Shown here in pieces: positions 1 through 9,499 of a stretch of DNA of 61,887 nt. The number at the start of each line of letters is the position of its first letter. Position 1 is the stretch's first letter. Origin of the DNA: a virus (taxonomy: Duplodnaviria > Caudoviricetes); the IMG/VR virus record IMGVR_UViG_3300028392_000003, positions 1 through 61,887 of that record, one strand, 5' to 3'. Below the pieces are notes generated by a model that worked only from the letters and a program-made list of their open reading frames with translations, had not been told where the DNA came from and searched no databases. Made by a program: the position numbers and the translations under genes.

Positions 1-69
1 AAGAAGAGCAGTCAATAGCCCAACCATCCATGTGGCTGGATACTTTAGAACCGCCAACAGCAAGATTAA
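1..69. repeat. 69-bp direct terminal overlap (copy 1); circular assembly junction
   Basis: Identical to 61819-61887; an ORF reads uninterrupted through the join. Confidence 0.95.
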
Positions 70-256
70 CGTCGGGCAGGCGTAACCAAGAATTAACACG
101 CATAGGGCCAGTGACATTACGCACCTCCTCCAAATGCCCTGCCGCCGCTTTCATGTTTGCCAGTTGGCGTTCATCGGGCTGGTTGTTGATCCCCATGCGT
201 ATAGCAGTCTCGCTATACGTGGCTTCGTCTAAGGTGAAATGTTCTGAGAGCTGCAT
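1..256 (-). CDS. Endolysin, peptidase M15A family, N-terminal part (continues at 61818..61622; 150 aa total)
   Basis: Manual translation from ATG at 256: MQLSEHFTLDEATYS...VNSWLR..VNLAVGGSKVSSHMDGWAID; S-H-x6-D zinc motif of M15 peptidases; adjacent to holin. Confidence 0.85.
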   Translation of the reverse strand, partial: MQLSEHFTLDEATYSETAIRMGINNQPDERQLANMKAAAGHLEEVRNVTGPMRVNSWLRLPDVNLAVGGSKVSSHMDGWAIDCSS

Positions 257-257
257 A

Positions 258-719
258 TTAGTGTTTGTGACTTGCACCAAAGTAGTAGGACAACACCATA
301 ACCAAAGCGCCGTCCAGCGTACCCAATACACGGATGATAATCTCACGCATTTGGTCTGGCACGATGTGAGTCAATAAGTGATACTGGATGAGTCCCCATG
401 CAATCACCACCACAATAGCCAGAATAGGCGTTACGGACTTATTGAGTAGGGGTGTGTGCTCGCTTGTGGCTAAAGCCTGTTCGTTCTTGCGGGCAGAATC
501 TCTGTCGGCGGCATCTAGTTTTGCGTACTCTAACTCCAGTTCTTGAAGTTTTTGAGCCGCCTGTGGATCACCAGCAATCGCTTTTGCAACGGATTCGACA
601 GAATCGGAGACACCAAACTTAGAAGCCAGAGCGGACACCGCCATGCCACCCAGAGGACCAGCAACAGCAGTTGCCAACGTGGGCGCGATACCTTTGAGTA
701 AGCCGAATAGTTCATTCAT
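258..719 (-). CDS. Putative holin (GTA 3TM-holin-like)
   Basis: N-terminal APTLATAVAGPLGG helix, coiled segment, two C-terminal hydrophobic helices ending SYYFG; immediately upstream of endolysin. Confidence 0.65.
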   Translation of the reverse strand: MNELFGLLKGIAPTLATAVAGPLGGMAVSALASKFGVSDSVESVAKAIAGDPQAAQKLQELELEYAKLDAADRDSARKNEQALATSEHTPLLNKSVTPILAIVVVIAWGLIQYHLLTHIVPDQMREIIIRVLGTLDGALVMVLSYYFGASHKH

Positions 720-883
720 TTTTGCTCCTTTAGTTCCTGTTTAAGCCTACGCAACTCTTTGATTTCTCGTTTAAGCTGCGCTTTCATATATAGGGTTTCT
801 ACGTATGCCATCGAAGTTGTGCCTACAACAATACACAGCGCAACCGCAGTCAAAATCCATCCGACAAGACGCGCAGTTGCCAC
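716..883 (-). CDS. Small membrane-anchored coiled-coil protein, 55 aa (lysis region)
   Basis: Not in ORF track; GTG start, MATARLVGWILTAVALCIVVG... then basic coiled coil; stop overlaps holin start. Confidence 0.5.
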   Translation of the reverse strand: MATARLVGWILTAVALCIVVGTTSMAYVETLYMKAQLKREIKELRRLKQELKEQK

Positions 884-1566
884 ATTAGCCACCCAAAAAA
901 TAGAGATACAAACACTGTTGCAATTATCCCACTTGTTGTCTCGATATGCCTAATCTCTTCTTGCTCTCTTGCCCACCTCGCTAACCTAACCCTGCGTATC
1001 GTTTCTGCCCTAGCCCACTCTTGTTCTTGTTCTATTCTGGCGTGCATCTTCAAGAAACGCGTATACAAATCTTTCAACTCAGTCGGCGCATAGACCATCG
1101 CTTCCCTAGTCTGCTCCATCAACTTCTCCATCTGCAGTTCAATCAGCGCTCGCTCTATAGCCTTCTTGCTGGTATTTTGCGTTGGGTCGTAGTTGGTCTT
1201 TGATGTTTCCTCTAGCTCATGGTAGTGGTTGTTAATCTCTTGCTGTGTGTCAAAAAGAACCCCAAGGTTTGCACCAATTTCGCTAATGAGTTTGAGCTCA
1301 AGTTCTTCGTAGGACTGTTGCTTCTTTTGCGACACAGACTTTGGCGCGATTGCGTCTCGTTTTGTCGCAAGTTTGTCGTGAGATGGCGCGAATAATCCAA
1401 CAAACCAGTCAAAGATACCTTTGATTGCCTTGACATCGCCAATGACTCCCTCAACGGTTTTCTTTGCGCCCTCAAGTTCCATACGCCCCTCATGGAGCAT
1501 AGAACATCCCTGCTTAATAAAGCCAACAGCGGCTTGAGCCGCCATAAGTAGGGTGAATGGGTCAAT
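850..1566 (-). CDS. Coiled-coil protein with C-terminal TM helix; possible ATT start at 1566 (track start 1545)
   Basis: Long ORF; in-frame (M)DPFTLL extension with GGAG 6 nt upstream of ATT. Confidence 0.6.
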   Translation of the reverse strand: MDPFTLLMAAQAAVGFIKQGCSMLHEGRMELEGAKKTVEGVIGDVKAIKGIFDWFVGLFAPSHDKLATKRDAIAPKSVSQKKQQSYEELELKLISEIGANLGVLFDTQQEINNHYHELEETSKTNYDPTQNTSKKAIERALIELQMEKLMEQTREAMVYAPTELKDLYTRFLKMHARIEQEQEWARAETIRRVRLARWAREQEEIRHIETTSGIIATVFVSLFFGWLMWQLRVLSDGF

Positions 1567-1569
1567 GGC

Positions 1570-1722
1570 TTACTCCGTAGGTTCGGGCTTGGGGAGCTGC
1601 GCTTCCACTTGTGTTCGTAGTTTTAGATATAGCGGATGAGCGTTGGACTGGGTTGGTAATTGACCGATGATGTTAATAACGTCAACGGCTTCTTGTGCGG
1701 TCAGGGTGATTGTGACTTCCAT
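1570..1722 (-). CDS. Small tail-fibre-associated hypothetical protein, 50 aa
   Basis: MEVTITLTAQEAVDVINIIGQLP...; abuts tail fibre stop codon. Confidence 0.6.
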   Translation of the reverse strand: MEVTITLTAQEAVDVINIIGQLPTQSNAHPLYLKLRTQVEAQLPKPEPTE

Positions 1723-3021
1723 TTAGCCCACCTTTGCTTTGAGTTCCGCTATCTCTGCGGCTTGTGCGTCAACGATTGTCTTTAGTTCTTGAATGGCGGC
1801 TGTTAGTGTGGCTACCAAGAAAGATGTGTCAATACCTTGATGGATTGGTTTGCCATCTTCATCAACAGCATCTTTTTTACCAACTACCGCATCAGGCATT
1901 ACTTCTTGTAATTCGTGCGCTATAAAGCCTTGCCCATCAGAGCCATCTTGTTTCCATTTGTAGGTTACTGGCTTTAATTGAGCAACAGTAGCCAATGCGC
2001 CCGTCATAGGTGCAATGTTTTCTTTTAGTCTGTAATCAGATGATGTGGCGTAGGTTGTAGTTGTTGGGTTTATTTGGATACTACCAACTATGGTTGATGC
2101 GTTAGCGTTATAAAAACGCATTGCATTTACTGTTACATCTGATGGTCTTCCGCTAACAATAATCCCATAACTAGCACTAGCGGCTGAATTATTATTACAG
2201 TTAACAGTAACTGTTTCTCCGCTTGCTGGTGCATCTAACATTCCAAAAACAGTAGTGTTTTTTCCTGATGCGGCACTAGCACCAGCAGGGCGGTTATATA
2301 TGGCAGGATTACCATCCCCATCAGATAAAACAATCCAGTTACTTGCTGTACGAATGTCATAGCCACCAATGTTTCCATCGTAGCGACCAATGATTGTGTT
2401 CTTAGTACCACTTGTTATTGCTTCACCAGCACCTTGTCCAAGAAATGTGTTGTAACTTCCAGTTGAGTAATAGCCAGCATTTGTCCCAACAAAGGTTGAC
2501 GAAACTGAAGACACGCCCGAATAACCCGCAGTTTTTCCTATTGCAACAACACTATCGCCTGTTGTTCTTGAATATGAAGCCTGATAACCTACTGCTACTC
2601 CGTTAGATGCTGTGGTGTTGGATTTAAGTGCTTGCGCCCCTAATGCCGTATTAAAATCACCAGTAGTAATTGATGACATGGCTTGATAGCCAACAGCAGT
2701 TGCATAATCTATATCTGCGCCAGCAAGTCCTGCTTGTGAACCAACAAAAGTGCTTTGACCACCAGTAGATTGAGCAAGTCCTGCTTGATACCCGATTGCA
2801 ACATTGTTACCACCAGTTGTGTTTGCAGTTAAAGCACTTGCACCAACAGCAGTTGAAGTAGATACAGCACCACCGCCTTTACCTACTGTTAGACCAGAGA
2901 TAGTTGCGTCAGATGTTGTTGTGATTGTTGTTACAGAGGGCGTACTTGTAAACGCAGTAGTCTGTGTAGTGCTATCGCTAAAGGTAATGGAAGGTGAACT
3001 TCCCGATATTACTGTTGTCAT
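1723..3021 (-). CDS. Tail fibre/spike with C-terminal intramolecular chaperone (peptidase S74) domain
   Basis: Repeated (N/S)TAVGxxA beta-helix-type motifs; SDYRLKENI, GFIAHEL and terminal coiled coil. Confidence 0.85.
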   Translation of the reverse strand: MTTVISGSSPSITFSDSTTQTTAFTSTPSVTTITTTSDATISGLTVGKGGGAVSTSTAVGASALTANTTGGNNVAIGYQAGLAQSTGGQSTFVGSQAGLAGADIDYATAVGYQAMSSITTGDFNTALGAQALKSNTTASNGVAVGYQASYSRTTGDSVVAIGKTAGYSGVSSVSSTFVGTNAGYYSTGSYNTFLGQGAGEAITSGTKNTIIGRYDGNIGGYDIRTASNWIVLSDGDGNPAIYNRPAGASAASGKNTTVFGMLDAPASGETVTVNCNNNSAASASYGIIVSGRPSDVTVNAMRFYNANASTIVGSIQINPTTTTYATSSDYRLKENIAPMTGALATVAQLKPVTYKWKQDGSDGQGFIAHELQEVMPDAVVGKKDAVDEDGKPIHQGIDTSFLVATLTAAIQELKTIVDAQAAEIAELKAKVG

Positions 3022-4079
3022 GCTTTACTTTCAATCGCCACGATTCGGGCGGTTAGTGCGTTGATTGTTTCGGCTTGTGTGTCGTTTATTGCTTTTAGTT
3101 CTTGGATTGCTTTAATCATTGCTGGTACTAAAGCAGATGTATCAACAGACATCATGTCTTCTTCAGTACAACCTTTTGATACTACTTCTGGGGCTACTGT
3201 TTTTAATTCCTGTGCAATAACTCCAAAATCAGTATGAATTTTATTTTCAATCCAATCAAAAGCACGAATCTTTACATTACTTAATTTTTCTAGACCTGAG
3301 CCAGCATCAACAATATTTTCTTTTAATCTTTGGTCAGATGTAGTGTTATATAAGGTTACAGAACCATTAGAAGTAATAGAACCCCGTTGTGTTCCACCTT
3401 CTTGAATATTAAAATGGTAAAAAGTTCCACCATCAGATAACCCATTTGAAATGTATCTATAACCAGCGGCAGTAGTTGCGGCTTCAGAATAAATACCATT
3501 GCCCGATGTTTTACTTACTCTTAATAAACCACCAGTTGCACCACTACCAGCACTTGTAGTCCCCACCAGCAAGTTACCGCTAGAGTCGATACGAGCGCGT
3601 TCTGTCGCGTTGTTAGTTGCAAACACCAACGGGGTTGTGGTGTCGTTTAAATCTGGCCCAATTTGCATAAAAATACCGGGCGCGTATTTAATACTAGCAA
3701 TGCCATTAGCCCCACTAGACCCAATTCGCAAATCAACACGAACATACCCATTTGATGCCGTGTTATCAAAATAGTTGCCAATGTATCCCGCGGCAGACGA
3801 CCCAGATGTATTAAATTTAGCCGCAGGGCTAGTAGTACCAATCCCCACATTCTGTGAAGTATCAATAGTAATCGCAGTAGTGCCAGCAGACTGCAAAGTT
3901 AGCGCAGTAGATGCCGCACTTGTCAGCGTATTGGTTTTTACGCTTCCTGCAAATGTGGCGTTCTGTGAGGTGTCAAGTGTCAATGCTGTAGTAGAAGCCG
4001 TTTGCAGGGCTAACGACCCCGAAGTATCGGCAGTTTGAACCAGCCCTGCGCTGGTGCTGGCATTTATCGTAGTCGTCAT
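3018..4079 (-). CDS. Tail fibre with peptidase S74 chaperone domain
   Basis: NVGIGTTSP, ERARIDSSGNLLVGTT, SDQRLKENI, GVIAQEL motifs. Confidence 0.85.
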   Translation of the reverse strand: MTTTINASTSAGLVQTADTSGSLALQTASTTALTLDTSQNATFAGSVKTNTLTSAASTALTLQSAGTTAITIDTSQNVGIGTTSPAAKFNTSGSSAAGYIGNYFDNTASNGYVRVDLRIGSSGANGIASIKYAPGIFMQIGPDLNDTTTPLVFATNNATERARIDSSGNLLVGTTSAGSGATGGLLRVSKTSGNGIYSEAATTAAGYRYISNGLSDGGTFYHFNIQEGGTQRGSITSNGSVTLYNTTSDQRLKENIVDAGSGLEKLSNVKIRAFDWIENKIHTDFGVIAQELKTVAPEVVSKGCTEEDMMSVDTSALVPAMIKAIQELKAINDTQAETINALTARIVAIESKA

Positions 4080-4082
4080 GTC

Positions 4083-4139
4083 TTATCCTTTCAGAGCCGC
4101 AAGTTCGGCTTTTACTGTATCTAGTTCGGCTTTTATCAT
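4083..4139 (-). pseudogene. 18-aa remnant resembling the C-terminal coiled coil of an S74 tail fibre
   Basis: MIKAELDTVKAELAALKG*, compare AEIAELKAKVG* of 1723-3021. Confidence 0.45.
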
Positions 4140-4300
4140 TGTGTGTCCTCTGCGGGTTCAGGCGTGTTGCCAGCCTCAAGCCAGCGAAGATAGGCTTGGT
4201 AGTCGGTGTTGTCTGGGTCAAATGGGATGAATGCGCCATCGCTTGTGCGAATAACCCCCTGTGCAATTTTGTCATGAAAAGTTTTGTATTGTTTATACAT
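4136..4300 (-). CDS. Small tail fibre assembly-type protein, 54 aa
   Basis: Not in track; MYKQYK...IRTSDGAFIPFDPDNTDYQAYLRWLEAGNTPEPAE, a motif typical downstream of fibre genes. Confidence 0.7.
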   Translation of the reverse strand: MYKQYKTFHDKIAQGVIRTSDGAFIPFDPDNTDYQAYLRWLEAGNTPEPAEDTQ

Positions 4301-4302
4301 TT

Positions 4303-5352
4303 TTACAACTCCGCTGATGAAGTAAAGTCATAGTTATAACCAAAATTAGTTCCACCATTAGCAGTTGCATACGTAGAATAATAATCCGAACTATTTCTAT
4401 CAATTGTCAAACCTGAGCAATTGTCATAACTTATATTAGAAGTAGTAACTGTAGGTGTCGCTCTTTTTGTAACTTTATAAAACCATACTGAAGTTCTTAC
4501 TGTTCCATTTGCACCAGTTTTATACAAAGTTGGAACATAGATAGTAGTCAGTGTTTCAAAATATCTCTGACACAAAAACAACTCAGTTCCATAGTCGCGG
4601 TAGTCAAACGATGTTGCGGTACTGCCTTTTTCTAGTTGGACATTACCAATAGTCCAAGTGCCAGATGTTTGCGCACCAACATTTAATTGAATCATTAATC
4701 CATTTGATGCACTAGAAGGTAATGATATTTGAGTTGAATAATTTGTTAATGTTGAATTTACAGTAAATGTTCCTGTAGCAATTTGTGTATAACCAGAATA
4801 ATTATCAGAAGCTGTAGGGTAATATGCAGTCCACGTTACTGTTGTAAGTAAACTATTTGCTAAATTACAAGATAATGTAACTGTTGAATTAGCACAATCT
4901 GCAATATTTTTAGCTTCAATACGTTGAATAAGATAAATGCCTGTATTAGATGCTGCACCAGTAAATCTATAAGTGCTAATATTTGCTGATGTTATTTGTT
5001 GACCAGTTACGTTTGCTCCTGTTGGAACCGCATACCATCTATCTACTGTATATTGATTGCCACCACCAGTAGTGATAGTTTGTGCAGCCCCCGCATTACG
5101 CTGGTCAATCACCATCGCACCATTGATGATGCGGTTTTTAAAGCCGTAGTAGCCAGTATTCGTCCCTGTACCGCCATAAGCCTCTGGAACAGTACCAGAA
5201 GATATAGCACTACCACTTATGCCTGTGCTAGATGCTGTAGTCAACATCGTGCCGCTTGTGGCTGGTAGTGTGACTGTGACTGTTCCCGCTACCGCAGGTG
5301 CAGATAGGGTTACTGCCCCAGATGTATCGCCATTTATAACAACTGAACTCAT
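4303..5352 (-). CDS. Tail fibre / receptor-binding protein with carbohydrate-binding-like domain
   Basis: FKNRIINGAMVIDQRN ... VQLEKGSTATSFDYR...ELFLCQRYF motifs. Confidence 0.8.
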   Translation of the reverse strand: MSSVVINGDTSGAVTLSAPAVAGTVTVTLPATSGTMLTTASSTGISGSAISSGTVPEAYGGTGTNTGYYGFKNRIINGAMVIDQRNAGAAQTITTGGGNQYTVDRWYAVPTGANVTGQQITSANISTYRFTGAASNTGIYLIQRIEAKNIADCANSTVTLSCNLANSLLTTVTWTAYYPTASDNYSGYTQIATGTFTVNSTLTNYSTQISLPSSASNGLMIQLNVGAQTSGTWTIGNVQLEKGSTATSFDYRDYGTELFLCQRYFETLTTIYVPTLYKTGANGTVRTSVWFYKVTKRATPTVTTSNISYDNCSGLTIDRNSSDYYSTYATANGGTNFGYNYDFTSSAEL

Positions 5353-5361
5353 ATTTTTTCC

Positions 5362-6042
5362 TTACAAGACAACCCAGCGCTGTCCGCTAGTGATAGTTAC
5401 TGAAACACCAGAATTAACAGTTATAGGGCCAACAGACATGCCGTTAATACCAGAAGGCAAGGTGTAATCTGCCGTCACTACTGTCTTATTTGTTTGGATA
5501 ACGCCATTAGCCTGCGCTCCGCCAATACCACCCCAGTTTGTGCCGTCATAGCCTTCAAACTGTGTATTCGTTGTGTTAAACCGCAACATCCCCGTTGCTG
5601 GAGTTGACGGTCTTTGTGCGGTTGTGCCTACCGAAAGAGTAAGCGTTGTTATCGCTGTAAAGTCAGTCCCATTCCACGCACACAGCATACTCACGCCCGT
5701 GGGGATAATTACTCCCGTGGTAGCAGAACCTTTTAGTATGACTTGAAAGTCAGACTGGTTAACAACTATGTACGCTTTACTTGATGACGGTGCAACGATG
5801 TTTCTACTAACCCCGGGCGTGCCTGTCGGTATGAGAATAGCCATTCGAGCTTGATTGCTCGCACCTGATCCTGTGGTGGTCAGTGTCCAGTTTGCAGATG
5901 TAACACTTTGGGTTGCGTAGTTAGCGACCGAGTCTTCAACCAACTGCGTAATAGCGTCGTTGACTGTGGTGCCCCACGTTCCTGACAGTTCGCCAGTAAC
6001 GGGTAATGCAAATCCTAACAGTGAGGTATATGCTGTGGTCAC
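5362..6042 (-). CDS. Tail fibre/adaptor protein
   Basis: GTWGTTVN N-terminus, GTTAQRP..GMLRFN..FEGYDG module, C-terminal GPITV..RWVVL. Confidence 0.7.
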   Translation of the reverse strand: MTTAYTSLLGFALPVTGELSGTWGTTVNDAITQLVEDSVANYATQSVTSANWTLTTTGSGASNQARMAILIPTGTPGVSRNIVAPSSSKAYIVVNQSDFQVILKGSATTGVIIPTGVSMLCAWNGTDFTAITTLTLSVGTTAQRPSTPATGMLRFNTTNTQFEGYDGTNWGGIGGAQANGVIQTNKTVVTADYTLPSGINGMSVGPITVNSGVSVTITSGQRWVVL

Positions 6043-6081
6043 AGTGCGCTCCTATATTCTGTCATTTTATAGCCCTTTTTG

Positions 6082-6597
6082 TTAAAGCACAACCCAGCGA
6101 GCGCCGGAACCTAGTGTTACTGACTGACCGCTTGCAACGGTGATTGGACCTGCTGACATAGCTGAATTTCCAGCGGCTATGGTGTAACTTGCACTTACTG
6201 TCTGACTGTTGACATAAAGACCGTTGCTGGCAATTATGTTGGTTCCAGTGATGCTCCCTGCGTTGGTGACATTTCCACTAGCATCTTGATTTACCGACTT
6301 ACCAGATGGATAGGTGACAAATACGTCTTTTGTTCCAGCCGAGAAGTTGACCAATGAACCTGAGTTGCTGGATGACAAAACTGTCGTGCGGGCTAGGGTT
6401 GTCCCTGATGAAGTGTAAGTTCCAATACCCACTTCCCATTCAGAGCCTGTTTGCCCCGCAATTGTGTAGTAAGTAGTGTTTGCGTTACCTATGGCGGAAA
6501 AAGACTGGAATCCAGTAGAGGCACCAAGCAGAGTCACTGTTCCCGTACCAGTCGTTGTGGTGGTTTCTTTTACTCTGTCTGCTAGTACAAGCGCCAT
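6082..6597 (-). CDS. Tail structural protein
   Basis: MALVLADRVKETTTTTGTG..WEVGIGT..; C-terminus paralogous to 5362-6042. Confidence 0.7.
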   Translation of the reverse strand: MALVLADRVKETTTTTGTGTVTLLGASTGFQSFSAIGNANTTYYTIAGQTGSEWEVGIGTYTSSGTTLARTTVLSSSNSGSLVNFSAGTKDVFVTYPSGKSVNQDASGNVTNAGSITGTNIIASNGLYVNSQTVSASYTIAAGNSAMSAGPITVASGQSVTLGSGARWVVL

Positions 6598-6606
6598 ATT
6601 TATTCC

Positions 6607-7632
6607 TTACGATACCGTGTCAATCACTTGCCAGTTTGCTGTTTCGGGGTTATTTATAACCGCCCAGTTTGCAGTTTGGGAATCAACTATATTTTGCCAG
6701 TTTGCCGTCTGGCTGTCGACAATTGTTGTCCAGTAGAACTTACCTAGCGTACCAACAAACCCAGAAGCCGTATTACCTGTCAACGCCACCGATATAGTAA
6801 ACCCAACTGAGCCCCCTACCGCAGTAGCCCCCAAACCTGTTACCGCCGCAGCCTTGCCGGGCAACACAGTACCAACAGAACCAGACGCAACATCACCAGT
6901 CAACGCAACAGAAACGCTTTGCCCAACTGACCCAACAGCACCCGACGCCTCTACACCTGTCAATGCGACAGACATGGTGGGTACTACAGTACCAACAAAT
7001 CCCGACGCTACGTCTCCAGTTTCTGTGGGGGAAGCGCTTGGAGTAACAGTTCCAACAAACCCTGACGCTACAACACCTGTCAAAGCCACCGACATAGTCG
7101 GCGTAACAGTTCCTACGAAGCCTGACGCTACATCCCCTGACAGAGATGGATTGCTACTTACCCCAACTGTGCCTACCGCACCAGAAGCCGTCCTACCACT
7201 TAGAGCCTGAGACGCCGTTGGCGTTACTGTTCCGACAAAACCTGATGCCGCATTACCCGTTAGCGCAACAGACAGGCTAGGGGTAGCCGTTCCGACAAAA
7301 CCAGAAGCCGAGTCCCCAGATAGGGCAACAGTCTCGCTAGTAGTTACAGTACCAACAAACCCAGAACTGACTAGTCCGGTCAGAGCTACAGAAATCGTCG
7401 GTGTTACTGCCCCGACAAAGCCCGATGCGGCATTCCCAGAGACTGCCTGTGTACTACTCGGAGTTACTGTCCCTACAAAACCAGAAGCCAAATCACCCGT
7501 CAGGGCAGGGCTATTACTTACTCCAACTGTACCTACTGCGCCTGATGCTGCGTTACCTGTTAAGGCGACCGCAACCGTTACCCCAGAAAGCGAGGCAAAT
7601 GGCGTTTCAGCAAAAGCGGAGATACCAAACAT
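6607..7632 (-). CDS. Repeat-rich virion structural protein
   Basis: About 14 tandem ~19-aa repeats ALTGxxASG(F/A)VGTV. Confidence 0.7.
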   Translation of the reverse strand: MFGISAFAETPFASLSGVTVAVALTGNAASGAVGTVGVSNSPALTGDLASGFVGTVTPSSTQAVSGNAASGFVGAVTPTISVALTGLVSSGFVGTVTTSETVALSGDSASGFVGTATPSLSVALTGNAASGFVGTVTPTASQALSGRTASGAVGTVGVSSNPSLSGDVASGFVGTVTPTMSVALTGVVASGFVGTVTPSASPTETGDVASGFVGTVVPTMSVALTGVEASGAVGSVGQSVSVALTGDVASGSVGTVLPGKAAAVTGLGATAVGGSVGFTISVALTGNTASGFVGTLGKFYWTTIVDSQTANWQNIVDSQTANWAVINNPETANWQVIDTVS

Positions 7633-7660
7633 GGTCTAAACGGCCTTAAGCCGCCTCCGC

Positions 7661-8137
7661 TTATGTTGTAGAAATACGCAGTAAAGCGGTAGTCGTTGTG
7701 TTTGAAGGCATTGTTAACGCAAAAGTACCAGCAGTAATCGTTTGATTACCAAAGGTGTATACGCCAACAGCCTTGTTTGACTGGCTTGAGTTATACATAA
7801 GCATCGCATTGAACGAGGTGCTTAAAGTCACGTTGGTATAACTAATACTTGCAGAAGGAGTCCAGTAAGCCACGCCAGCAGTTACAGAACTATTAGTCGA
7901 GGCAGGAGCAGTAGCGTTTGTGATTGTTACACCACCCGCCGTGTAGTTAGTTCCAGTCACTTCACCTGTAGATGAATAGGCTGTAGTGGAAGCGTCAATC
8001 GTTGCGCTAGTCAAATACAAAGCCGCCTTAAAGGTGTCTGCTGTAGTTGCTGCACGGATAGGTGCTACGCCAAAGTTGTGGGTTGCGGTCAGCGCTTCGG
8101 CTAAAAACGAAGTGCATAGGGATGCGGTATTTGCCAT
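7661..8137 (-). CDS. Virion structural protein (paralog of 8334-8777)
   Basis: FKAALY..ATIDASTTAYSSTGEV.GTNYTAGG. Confidence 0.7.
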   Translation of the reverse strand: MANTASLCTSFLAEALTATHNFGVAPIRAATTADTFKAALYLTSATIDASTTAYSSTGEVTGTNYTAGGVTITNATAPASTNSSVTAGVAYWTPSASISYTNVTLSTSFNAMLMYNSSQSNKAVGVYTFGNQTITAGTFALTMPSNTTTTALLRISTT

Positions 8138-8148
8138 GATGTTTCCTT

Positions 8149-8334
8149 TTAGAAAGTGCCTACTTCACCGCCAATAGGCAGGGAGCGTTTAAGTGTTACA
8201 TGTGCTGAACGATGGACTAACTCTGCGTCTTTCCAATACTCAACCCAAGTGGTCAATTCGTTGTCATCCTCAAAAACCCCTTCTTTCTTTTCAAGAAGAG
8301 ATTCGTCCATATCGCCGTAAATTGTTGTGACCAT
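8149..8334 (-). CDS. Hypothetical protein
   Basis: Compact ORF coupled to neighbours in the late operon. Confidence 0.65.
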   Translation of the reverse strand: MVTTIYGDMDESLLEKKEGVFEDDNELTTWVEYWKDAELVHRSAHVTLKRSLPIGGEVGTF

Positions 8335-8777
8335 TACGAAATCCTTATGATTGCTGAGGTGTTAGTGTTTGCGGGGAATTGTACGGTGAATGTGGCTGTA
8401 GAGGTCTTATCTGCCCCAAAATCTAATACACAAACTGTTGGGTTTGTTGTACCGTTAGCCAAGTAAATCAATGCACCCCGCGCTGTAACAGAGGTTGACC
8501 ACACGGCATTTGTAAAGGACAAGTAGGTTGTAGCCGCACCTGTCTGGTTACCTATTGTGGGGATTTGGCTAATCACCAATGTTTGTCCACCGGCCGTGTA
8601 ACCTGTTGCAGATACCTCGCCCGTGCTTGTATATGCTGTTGTAGTGGCGTCTAGCGTAGCCGCGTTTGTATACAGGGCGATCTTAAATACCTGCGTTGTG
8701 CCTGTATCAAAATTAAATATCCCGTCAAGTAAACCTGTCTTGAACGTATTGGTTGTCCAGTTGCCAGTAAATGCCAT
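8334..8777 (-). CDS. Virion structural protein (paralog of 7661-8137)
   Basis: FKIALYT..ATLDATTTAYTSTGEV..TGYTAGG..VLDFGADK. Confidence 0.7.
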   Translation of the reverse strand: MAFTGNWTTNTFKTGLLDGIFNFDTGTTQVFKIALYTNAATLDATTTAYTSTGEVSATGYTAGGQTLVISQIPTIGNQTGAATTYLSFTNAVWSTSVTARGALIYLANGTTNPTVCVLDFGADKTSTATFTVQFPANTNTSAIIRIS

Positions 8778-9499
8778 TACTGAACCCCGTTATTCTGTGG
8801 TAGCGGAGCCACACGAGCCTGACCACTACGATACGCATCACTGCGCTCCAGACCATCTCCAAGGCGTTTAGCCAAGGCAAGTGCTTCCATGTATTTTTGG
8901 TTGTACAACTGGACAAGATCGGCTTCACCCTTCATAAAGGTATACGCCTCAACAAGTGATCCGTATAGCAGAACAGTGTCAAAGTTATCACCTAGCCAAG
9001 TTGTGCTTGCTGTAGTGATTGAATCAGGGTAGTAATAGTAGTGCAGTTCTGCCGTGTAAGCCACATCAGGCGTGGGGCCAAGAATGAAAGACAACTCGTT
9101 AGTAATTGCAGAAGACGTTACTGTCGGACCAAATAAAGCGTAATACTTAGGGGCACCAGTATCTGTAGGGATTGGGTAGGCTTCGCGAATAAAGTTAACA
9201 TCTTTGTTTAACAGATAGGTATACGCCCCTGTGGTTGGATCCACAACTGCCAAAGAATAAGTTGACAAGAAGTCGTTGGGGCACGACAAGTATTTATTGT
9301 TTGCGGTAGTGATACCCGTTGAGTTCTTACGTAACGATGGAAACTGAACCGAGTTGTAGATGCGTTGTTCTGCCTGATTGATGAAACGGTTGATCTGCTG
9401 TGTAGAAGACACAGTAGTAACGCCATCGGCAAGCGTGATCGTCGGAAAATTGTTTTCCGTGTACGTCTGAATTGCAGCTACAAGCTCGGTATAGGTCAT
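8777..9499 (-). CDS. Head-tail adaptor / tail tubular protein A-like
   Basis: MTYTEL..FINQAEQRI..P.YYA..LLYGSLVEAY pattern; position in morphogenesis operon. Confidence 0.65.
   Translation of the reverse strand: MTYTELVAAIQTYTENNFPTITLADGVTTVSSTQQINRFINQAEQRIYNSVQFPSLRKNSTGITTANNKYLSCPNDFLSTYSLAVVDPTTGAYTYLLNKDVNFIREAYPIPTDTGAPKYYALFGPTVTSSAITNELSFILGPTPDVAYTAELHYYYYPDSITTASTTWLGDNFDTVLLYGSLVEAYTFMKGEADLVQLYNQKYMEALALAKRLGDGLERSDAYRSGQARVAPLPQNNGVQ

Noticed and set aside
1723-5352. Diversity-generating retroelement targeting tail fibres
   Set aside because: No reverse transcriptase and no template/variable repeat pair differing at adenines was seen.
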